Below, piece after piece: positions 39,587-49,419 of a stretch of DNA of 64,000 nt. The first letter of the stretch is position 1; every line of letters begins with the position of its first letter. A program made the position numbers and the translations under genes. The notes under the pieces are model-generated. The model did not search any database and was not told the origin of the DNA. It was given only the letters and a program-made list of their open reading frames with translations. Source of the stretch: Adineta vaga (Eukaryota; Animalia; Rotifera); the NCBI GenBank assembly GCA_021613535.1, contig CP075495.1, positions 14,322,001 to 14,386,000 on the forward strand. The letters run 5' to 3'.

Positions 39587-41604
39587 ATGTGGATAATTGC
39601 ACATCGTCATTCAATATTTCTTCTCGTCAACGTAATGTTTAATCTAGTGACAGACATTCACTCGATTCCAACTACTGTTTCATCGCTTAGTCAATCAACA
39701 GATAGTATTTATAATCAGTTAATTAACGGACAGAATTTGATTGTTCATGAGCAAAGTGGAGTTATTTTTAATCGAGTTGGATATTATTACGAAATAGACG
39801 ATATATTCGGGCTAACTGTAACCGTACCTGTTACTCAATATCTTTGCCCTATTTTACCTATGGAGCAAGTAGAAAAATTGAGGCTATGTGTTGATTATCA
39901 GGAATCATTTCGTAGTAAACTTGACCAGGAAGACGTTTCAAGTCATTCTTCACTCTTTGACTTTTTGAATTCGACTAATAGCACTCGATTTTCTGCCGAA
40001 AAAATACCTATCAAAACTCGTCATCATCATCATCATCGTATTAAACGCGCGTTACCAATAATTATTGGTGTTGCATTAGGCGCTTTCAGATTACTTTTTT
40101 AGGAGGTATGACAATGTATAACACAATAAAAGAAGCGCAGTTGAGTAATCGTGTGTCACAGATTCAACAATATGTTTCTGAAACGAACAAGCAGCTACAT
40201 AGTTTAGAAGTTTCTGTATTAACTAATACGAACAGTACAGTTCAACTAGCACGCTCATTTAATACGGCTCAAGAAAACATGGAGAATATGCGAACTACCA
40301 TGGAAACTATTGTTAAACATGTTTCCCGCCTCGATTATTTTGCCGAGGCACAAACACGCTATAATTTGAAAACGCATGCAGCACATGTTTATGAAAGTAT
40401 AAAAAATTCTATGCGTCGTATTGAGCGCAACGATTTGAACTTGGACTTCGTCGGAATGACAGAACAAAATGAGATTATCGAAATCGCATATCATCGTCTG
40501 AAGAATTCGGTACCCAGTGCTCGAGAATCAAAGGCCACATTTGTATCGCGCATGCTTTTTGCGCAGACAGTGCAGTTTTTTCCATCAGAAAATTTTACAC
40601 ACAGAAACGAAACTATGGAATATTATCCACAACACCTCGGTAATGTTGTATTTACATGTTATTTTTCAGTTCTTAAGACTAATGCTTTTGATAAGATGCA
40701 GATTTATAAACTTATCGCCTTGCCGTTCTTTACCGCTAAGGAAGAATTCGGAAACGAACTTTTTGGATTGCCAAAAATAATAGGCGTATCCAGTGGTGGA
40801 TACATTGAATGGCGAGAAATTGCTCAACAATCAGTATGCGATTTTGGAGATTATACAGTTTGTCGAGATCCGCCCATTGTTCAGAAACGCATTAATAACA
40901 TGTGCTTAGAACAGTTAATTTCTACCAAACGTTCATTTCACTGTCGAGTTCAAAAATCTACTTACTCTTCTCCGTATTTTCAGAAAATAGCCTCTAATAT
41001 AATAGCATTATCAACTAGAACACCGCTAAAGTGCACCACAACTGGAGGTTATCACACTTTCACAAACTTGAGCATAGTTCGTATGGATTGTAATGATACT
41101 TTTTACTGTGAGGGTAACATAAACTTTATCGGAGACAAGCGCTGTAAGACACTGGAACCATATATTATAAAAACAATAAATGAAGAAGTTATTCCAGTAA
41201 TTGATTCGATTCGTCCGCTAAATATTAGTCTACCCAAAGTTTATCCATTTGCTTCAGATAAAAATCTGGTACTCACTTTAGAAGAGCAAATGAGAATTCA
41301 AGAAAAGAATATAATAGAAACAGAAAAAACCGGTAACAATCTGTTGCAACTAGCAAATCTAAGTACAACAAGACCTACAGTAGTCATCATCATTGTTGCG
41401 GTCAGTGTTCTTGCTATATTGATCATTCTCGTCGCGATCTTTTTCATCTATCGATGTCGTCGGAACGGCAGCACATCTCCTACATCAATCGTGAACATTG
41501 ATACTACAGCAAATCATCCGATTAAATCAACATCAACAGCAACACAAGAGAATTTTGGCAGCCTTTATGACCTGTTATCAGCATTTGCCAAAAACAAAAA
41601 ATAA
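39587..41604 (+). CDS. Class I viral-type fusion glycoprotein (env/F-like), ~672 aa if a 1-nt frameshift at ~40085-40101 is repaired
   Basis: Hydrophobic N-terminus (signal-like); furin site RIKR (40037-40048) directly followed by ALPIIIGVALGAF; heptad-like segment LSNRVSQIQQYVSETNKQLHSLE...; Cys-rich ectodomain with several N-X-S/T sequons; second helical segment LTLEEQMRIQEKNI; TM VVIIIVAVSVLAILIILVAIFFIY; juxtamembrane RCRR; tail with YDLL. ORFs 39587-40102 and 40108-41604 differ by a -1 frame. Confidence 0.82.
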
Positions 41605-41675
41605 ATAAATAAATTGAATATTATCCTGTTATATGTCTTGTTTCATATTTGTTTCTGTAATCTGTTTCTTTTTGT
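41600..41675 (+). terminator. Poly(A) signals of the env-like gene
   Basis: Overlapping AATAAA motifs (AATAAATAAATAAA) at the stop codon, followed by a GT/T-rich tract (TGTCTTGTTTC...TTTGTTTCTG). Confidence 0.6.
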
Positions 41676-42177
41676 TCATTCGTTATTCATAAAATATTAA
41701 CTGGCTTACTCAACGCTAATTTTTCAGCATATCATTCTGTCCTACTGTTTCGTATCTCCACGAAGCTACCATCACAATTCAAATCAGAATAAGTTTTAGA
41801 GCAGGTAATTAAGATAGATAGCGTTCACCAAGAGATTCAAAACATCTATCATATATAACGATACCGATGATGAGAAAAATATTCACGAGGAATCTTCGTT
41901 TAAATAATAAACAAATATATATTACCACGTACAACGGATATGACATTCGAAGTATTGGCATCTTATACATCGTATTAGAAAGTACTGATCTAAGAGGCAC
42001 TTAACATTATCTACGAACAGACGCCACCGATTAGTTTCAGGAGCTCACTTGAAACAGTTTCGGAAACGGCTATGGCACAGCTATGTTAAACAGATTCAAG
42101 CTTTTAGAGGCTAAAAAATAACATTTTTGGATTCTCTTTGATATGGTTTGAACTCTGGAATATCTGAGGACATCATT

Positions 42178-43428
42178 CTATAGAGCTCGTCGAGTTCTAC
42201 TTGGAACACTGGTTGAAACACTTGGAACATGTTCCTAGGCGAATCGGGAAACGAATTACCTCAAGATCCTAGTGAAAATCCTGTAATTTGCAGTTTTCTC
42301 TAGTCTGGTTTGACCTATAGAGTTTTGCTTGGTGTCAATCGATAGAGCTCATCGAGTTGTACTTGGAACACTGGTTGAAACAATTGGAACATGTTCCTGG
42401 GCGAATCCGAAGAGAAAATACTCGGTTTTGGGGTTCTGCGGGGTTTTCGGCATTTTTAAGGGTTAAGAGAGGGTCTCATTGAAAAAGTCACAACTACAAA
42501 ATTATAGAGCTCGTTGAATTCTACTTGGAACAATAGTTGAAACACTTGGAACATGTTCCTGGACGAATCGGGAAAGGAAATACTCGTTTTTGGGGGGGTG
42601 TTTGGCATTTTTGAGGGGTAAGAGAAGGTCTCATTGAAAAAGTCACAATTACAAAATTGTAGAGCTCGTCGAGTTCTACTTGGAACACTGGTTGAAACAA
42701 TTGGAACATGTTCCTGGGCGAATCGGCGGAGGAATTACTCCTCAGATCGCATAAATCCCCTTGAAAAACCCGGTATTTTGCAGTTTTCTTTGGTCTGGTT
42801 TGACCTACAAAGGTTTTCTTGGTGTCAGTCGATAGATCTCGTTGAGTTCTACTTGGAACACTGGTTGGAACACTGGTTGGAACATGTTTTGGGGAATCCA
42901 GAGAGAAAGTAGTCCTTTTTTCGGGTTCTCGTGGGTTTTTGGCATTTTTGAGGGCTAAGAGAGGGTCAGATTGAAAAAGTTCCAATTACAAAATTGTAGA
43001 GCTCGTCGAGTTCTACTTGGAACTCAAATGGAACATCTGGAACATGTGTCTAGGCGAATCGGGAAAGGAAATACTTGGTTTTGGGGGGATTTTGGCATTT
43101 TTGAGGGCTAAGAGAGGGTCTGATTTAAAAAGTCACAATTACAAACTTGTAGAGCTCGTCGAGTTCTACTTGTAACTGTATTGGAACACTTATAGCATGT
43201 TCCTAGGCGAATCGGCGGAGGAATTACTCCTGAAATCGTATAAATCCCCTTGAAAAACCCGGTATTTGGCAGTTTTCTCTGGCCTGGTTCGACCTACAGA
43301 GTTTTTCTTGGTGTCATTCGATAGAGCTCGTCGAGTTCTACTTGGAACACTGGTTGGAACACTTGGAACATGTTCGTGGGCGAATCGGCAATGAAAAAAC
43401 TCGAATCTGGTGCCAACTTCCCTTACGT
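42178..43428 (-). repeat. Right terminal inverted arm, ~8 modular units
   Basis: Near-identical reverse complement of the left arm (37684-38148 mirrors 42985-42521, both 443 nt from their ends). Lacks one of the two 162-bp units duplicated on the left and diverges inward of ~42290. Confidence 0.92.
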
Positions 43429-43997
43429 GTCGTTCATACTGGTTTCTTTTTACGAAAGAATATTTTCGTTTTCGATATATTTGTTAGGTTATATATAAAA
43501 TATATTCCTAGAGATTTCGTTTGACTGATAGTTATAAACGAACTGTTGATGAAAGAGTGTATTTCAAAATATTTTTATGTATTGTATCTACCTGATTGTT
43601 TGTCTTAATACAGAAGGAAAGAAAATTTGATGTCCCGCACATCCTGTTTAGAGAAGAAATCTCTTTCTTTCAATATAAAATTCAATGTCTCGCATGTCCC
43701 GCTCATAAAAAAATCTATCTATTTTTTTTGCAAAACTAATTCTCTCTCTTTCTCTTTTCTATTTTCATAAATTTTCGATGTCCCATACATAAAACACCTG
43801 TCTACTTATACAAAAATCAACATCCTCTTTATAAAACAATCATTTAACGATTCATAACTTAATTAAGTAGATTATAATTGTTTTCTTTAACTTTAATATA
43901 CAATTATCAATTCTATTTTTCCTCTCTACAAATAAAAATATAGATTTAGATAGTAGTTTTCTATATTCCAATCTCAACTAAATTCCCTAATCGACTG

Positions 43998-44152
43998 CCA
44001 CATATAGTTAGTGAGACTGTGTATGTGGTGACCAAATTCATATCAACGAACAGATCTTGGTGTACAGTCAGTGAAACTGTGTATCTGGCGACCACATACA
44101 CAGTCTCACTGACTATATATTAAGATCTGTTCATTGACATGAATCTGGTCAC
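43998..44152. repeat. Nested short inverted/direct repeats, transposon remnant-like
   Basis: TAGTTAGTGAGACTGTGTATGTGGT / ACCACATACACAGTCTCACTGACTA and GTGACCAAATTCATATCAACGAACAGATCTT / AAGATCTGTTCATTGACATGAATCTGGTCAC, plus a third direct copy CAGTGAAACTGTGTATCTGG. Confidence 0.7.
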
Positions 44153-44694
44153 TTGATGAATGGTCAGTTTGAGTTAGGTTTTGGGCTGAGATCCTTGATC
44201 AGTGATGATACGATGGATGGATGATATATATTTTATCAAGAAAAGTCCCTACATGAAAGTCCCTAAGTCAAAAAGTCCCTATCTGTTCACCAGAATCAGC
44301 AATTATGGACTTATCGTCCCTACGTAGGGACTAATGTACTGATGTTTCTGGGGACCAGAAAGTAGGGCAAAGTATAGTCATCCCTGAATGGTTGAATTTC
44401 TCTTAAAAATAAACTTTTATTCGTCGATGCTTTACTTTATTTTTGTGAATTTAGAATAAATCATCATGAACCAGAACTTCTTTTATATCGTCGTAGTGAT
44501 ATCATATTTTGAAAAGAAAGATTTTATTTTTAGACATTGTCTGTATATATGTTTTGATTTGTTATAAGTACATCTCTTTTTTTCTGTCGTTGAATAAATA
44601 CGAAAGTTATTGAGAGAAATTATTATTATTATAGATGAAGAAATAAGCAAAACAATATTTCAATAATTGAAAATTGATTGAATTAGTTTTGGTT

Positions 44695-47556
44695 TCAGTT
44701 TTTCTTTTTACAACAATATTTCCGACTAACGAATCCAAGACAACATAGAACGCCAAGACCCATTGTTGCATAACCGCCATATCTATATAAATAATTCTTC
44801 ATGAATTTGTTTTCTGAGACAAAGACTAACTTAAGTATTTTTTGTTGTGATTCAGGTAATTTTTCATACCATTGCATAACAGTAAAATTCGATTCTTGAC
44901 CTTTTCCATCATTAAATTCATACTTTTCCTTTTCAGTTGTTGGTGATGGTGGTTCCTATTGAACAAGATTAACAAAGGAAACTTCTCAAAGAATCAATTT
45001 GTTACTATATTCGGTTGTTCTGCAGTTAGAGATTTTCCAGTTAAACCACCTTCAGTAAATATTCTCACAAGAAATTGACCTTCTTTGTCTGATTCATAAG
45101 TCGATGGAATGAGAATATAATTGCCAGGTTTAACACGAAATCGTCCTGTTACTTCACGTTTATTAATATAAGCTCCTGACAAAATTCAATTGAATTCTAT
45201 GAATAAAGAGACGATCTTGTTCTATTCCATTGATTACCTGTATCACCTTGTCGTTCAAGATCTTTTGGATAAAGTTTATATCCTTGTTCAATTTGTGATA
45301 CAATAATTGAATCTTTAATCTATGAATAATATTTCATTGTCTATAGTCAATGAGTTCGTATGTGTTATCAACGAAAAGAGAGAGGGAGACAAACTCGATA
45401 TAAACGTAGATTTATATACTCTTCCGCTTGTTGTACACGAGTTTGTTGGCGTTTTTGACGTGTATATTTTTGTAGACAAGCACAGATCACTGTACAAAGA
45501 CCATCACCACTTTCAATATCAGTTCTTGTTACATTAATTAAGTATTGTGGATTAGTAAAGAAATTTTCTATAAAATCAAATCAATATTTTTTTTCCTAAT
45601 GAAAGATTAAAAACAAAAAAAAATATATCAACCGATTCTGCCTTGTCCACATCCACCTGCTGTTTGTCCTTTGATCCAAGCACCATCGAATTGAGTTTGA
45701 TGCCAAGTAATCAGTTTTCCCTTTTTGAATAGAGTAATACATAGTTATATGGACATTCGATACAGTTTGTACTTACTTGTTGAGCATTGAGTTGTCCTTC
45801 GAATGAATCAGGTGATAGATTACAAATCTGCACTTGTTCGAAATGTTTCAACCAATCTGAATAAAGCATCCTAATTCATAATTTATATCAATCATACAAA
45901 TGAAAATCGATGAATTAACATTCAAATACCAGAATTCTCCATCAGCTTGTTTTTGATAATGTAATTGTTCTCTCGTATGTGTATCTACTTTATTCCAATT
46001 ATTTATATCGCTAATAATGAGAAGAAATAATTATGAAAAAAAAAAGAAATCATATAGTCATACCCATCACTCCAAGCACCATTCCATTCAGCTTCATTAC
46101 CCCATGGATTTCGACAACGAACTAATTGAACTATTTCACCATTTATAAGTTTAACACGAACAGCAGCAGTTACAGCGTATGCATGACCTTTTATAAGACC
46201 ATTTGCCATTTTAGCTTCATGTTCATTTGGATCCGGCTTAAAAAACGAATGAATTACGAGGAAAACTAATTGAAATGTTCGACATACAGTAATTGAACAA
46301 CCAACCATAGCATCATGTTTTAATGCTGTACCCATTGTTTGCCAAAATTGATCTCTGTCCTTTATATCTTTTGTATTGAATGATTCTTCTATTCCTCCTA
46401 GTTAATTACAATAAACTATATAATTGATAATATTTTCGTTGGAAATCATTCACCAGTCATGTCGATTAAAGCATCGGTAGTTTGTCCCGCATCCGTACCT
46501 TCATATGAAAAACTCAGTCTACAAATCAAATACACATCATGAAAAATATTCCTTTCAAAATCGCTTTTCATTGTATGTGTTCTGCTATTTCTCTATTTAT
46601 AACTTTTATATGCAAATTCATGTCATTGCACAATATCAATCAGTAACAGTTTAATAACCATGTCACAGTATACATTCTCTTAATGGTTGGCATATAGCTG
46701 TTCGCTTCCTTCGTAATACACTGGTCCGTATATCAATCTTTCACATTGGAAATCCAGGTTCAATCCCTGGCGAAAAATGAGCGAACGCGCAACCCAGCTA
46801 GTTCTTTTTGCTTTTTGTAAATTTACTTTGCATAAGCTTTTTCAAGTAGAGCGGCCCAAAATTCATTTGATTCTTTTATATTTTGACAAAATATCAATCG
46901 ATTATTTCTTGTTGGCAGATAATCATCGACAACAACATCAACCCATTTTCCAAATTGCCAAAATCGAAAATGAAAGATGCCTATATTCAGAATGAAAAAA
47001 AAAACATTTTAAATCTAGCTGTAGATTCTGAAAAGAGTGAAAAATGATACCAGAATAATATTTCTTATCGAAAGTTTGATCCAGTGGACATACACGTTCA
47101 AATATTGTAGCATTTTGTGTAATCATACTAACAGCAGATATAAACCAACAATTACCTAGGTTCAATTCATAATAGAAAGTTTTCGTTTCAAAAGAAATGC
47201 TTCAATCTACCCAATTGACCTTGATCAAGATCGAATCGATTTGCTTCATTTACAATAAACTGAGGATTTGAACAAATTTCCTACTAATGAACAAATTGAA
47301 ATCAAATTGAACTATGATTGTATACACTTGCATATGGACGTTTCCAAATCACATGATCAAGCATTGAATTAAAACCCAGAGTATAATAGAGTGACGATTT
47401 TGTATTGGCAAATTCACGATCGTTAAAGAGATTTGTAGAATTATATTGTTGTTTTAATTCCGAATATATTTGATTTCTATATGGATGTAAGGTTGTCTTA
47501 AAGATCGAATAAATGAGACTTAGATTTAATTATTTAATCATACATACTTGATTCAT
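44695..47556 (-). CDS. Calpain (CysPc + domain III/C2L) lacking penta-EF-hand, ending in a hydrophobic C-terminal segment
   Basis: [12 protein letters not shown] (Cys), LIKGHAYAV (His), CRNPWG (Asn), [26 protein letters not shown]...YILIPSTY. Final exon EPPSP...[28 protein letters not shown]. Probable ATG at 47556 followed by a GT intron. Confidence 0.9.
46707..46778 (+). tRNA. tRNA-Glu(TTC)-like sequence (probable pseudo-tRNA or tRNA-derived element) in a calpain intron, antisense to calpain
   Basis: TCCTTCG TA ATAC-ACTGGTCC-GTAT A TCAAT-CT TTC AC-ATTGG AAAT CCAGG-TTCAATC-CCTGG CGAAAAA. D, anticodon and T stems pair; the acceptor stem has two C-A mismatches; T5 runs lie ~25-35 nt downstream. 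Confidence 0.65.
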
Positions 47557-47957
47557 TTTCTTTAATAAGATCGGTATTAGAATATGATATGAAATATTAA
47601 CACAAACGAACTTTTATTTTTTTTGGCGCTTGCTTTCAATTTTATTAAAGACTAAATAATCAGCTGTCTTTAACAATACGTTCCGTTTACAAATAGGAAC
47701 AAAAGGCGAAACGTAACTGGATTCAATGCATAGATACTTCTAGTACAATTCAACGCTGAATATGAATACATCGTCGCAGGACGATATTATTCTGTTAGTC
47801 ATTCTTAAAACATCGTGATGCATGATTTCTTAGTGCATCACAATGATTAACAAAACATGTATGAATATCTTTATTAGAACGAAAAAGAAATCGATCATCA
47901 TCAGTATCGCTTCATCACCATCACTAAAAGGTCGTTTGATAATTTGTTCATATGATT

Positions 47958-48691
47958 TCACCTGATATAATCTTTACTGGTATACGATTGCACACTATTC
48001 TGTTGCTGTTGAAGTATTTCTTGTTTAACCAACCGAATGGCAAGAAAGAAAAGAAGAATACTGAGTAATATACATAATCCACCACATGAAAGAAGAATAA
48101 CAGCTACAGTCGAGCTTGGTTTATCCCATTGAGCAACTGTTGGATGTCTAGTATCGTACCAACATGAATATGATGAACCCACCTAAATAAAAGAAAAGTT
48201 TGTCTCCAAATCAGAAATAGGAAAACGAATATTATCTTCTCAAGTGCATGATTAAAGTATATTTACTATCAAGTCTTTCTCATCAAAAGTCATTGTTTGA
48301 AATGACTTCAGTACAACTCTACTCGATATACAATCGTTCTCTTCGAATAATGCGTTACCTCATATTCCTTCGCTTTGTTGAGAGCATCTATATACGAACG
48401 ATATCGTCGTTCACTTTCAACCAATGCAAATGTCGTTTGATTTGCACCATACAGCGCATTCCATGTTGGACCATAACAAGTATACCAATAATATCTTGAT
48501 TTACATTGATAAGTTTTATAAGATCCACTTTGAACTAGGCACATACTATTGCCATAGTATTTTACTTTGGGACTTTCCTTTCCAAAGAGAATACCGCCAA
48601 CAATCAACAGTGTAAATGCACCAGCTAGAAAGAGAATGAAAAATATGATGCAGAGAACTGCCTTCGGATCTTTAATTTTGTGAGTGGCCAT
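47958..48691 (-). CDS. Small two-TM protein with Cys-containing extracellular loop (topology like BK-channel beta subunits), 2 exons
   Basis: TM1 VLCIIFFILFLAGAFTLLIVGGILF; loop MCLV...CKSRYYWYTCY...SYSCWYD; TM2 VAVILLSCGGLCILLSILLFFLAI. Intron ~48356-48184. Family assignment rests on topology only. Confidence 0.65.
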
Positions 48692-49419
48692 GAAGAATAA
48701 TTGATAAATTCAAAAATAAAAGAAAAGTAACGTTTAGTTAGTCATTTCATCTTACTTATATAGATTTTGTGAATAAATACGTCATTTAATAATCATTCCT
48801 TATCATTTCGAGAGGTAGATGACGAAAATGACGTATACGGATAGGCAAGAAAGGTGTATTTGAGTTTTACAAAGGATAAAATTCGTTCTAATGTGAAAGA
48901 AAATTTTGTTTGCATCAAATATCAAATGATCTTTCAAAATACGACACAATATATTCTTTTATTGTTCTCTACACATAGAAAACAAATGGTACGTTCAATC
49001 ATCGTTTGGATCTTTAATTTTGTGTTCATTTGTCTATCTTTTAGTAGATATACCAGAAACTAAATAGTTATTGAACATGTATACGTTATCATTTAAGATA
49101 TTCGATACTAGTTTTAATGTAACATAACCAATATCAGAGAATATACAGTTTTCATATGACAATGATTTAAAATTCAGTTACGAATACTTTAAGTTTAGAT
49201 AAGATTATTACTCATGAATATTTAAAGAACTGTATTGATGATTTGAGAGATGATTCGTTATACAAAAAAAAATAAAATAAATAAAAATCACGAAAAAAAT
49301 AGCACTTGAAAGGCGTTCGTTTGAAAGAGGAAAAAAATGTAGATTTAGAAAATCGAAGAGAAAAGGTTTGAAATATTTATCAATAAAAATTAGTAGGACG
49401 ATAGAAAATCAACTCTCTT

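Larger units (their letters stand above)
37241..43428. mobile_element. Non-autonomous foldback/MULE-like DNA element (6.19 kb) with long modular TIRs carrying an env/F-like gene
   Basis: Left end ACGTAAGGGAAGTTGGCACCAGATTCG (37241) is the exact reverse complement of the right end ...CGAATCTGGTGCCAACTTCCCTTACGT (43428). Flanking direct repeat GTCGTTCAT at 37232-37240 and 43429-43437 (11 bp TGTCGTTCATA if the ends are drawn 1 nt inward). No transposase ORF inside. Confidence 0.92.

Noticed and set aside
40095-40101. HIV-like slippery heptamer TTTTTTA as a canonical -1 frameshift signal
   Set aside because: The heptamer is not in the X_XXY_YYZ phase relative to the upstream ORF (codons are CTT TTT TAG), so canonical tandem slippage does not apply; only non-canonical slippage remains possible.
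37241-43428. Interpretation as LTR retrovirus or Polinton/Maverick
   Set aside because: Repeats are inverted rather than direct, there are no TG...CA ends, gag or pol, and the TSD is 9-11 bp rather than 4-6 bp; no polB, integrase or capsid.
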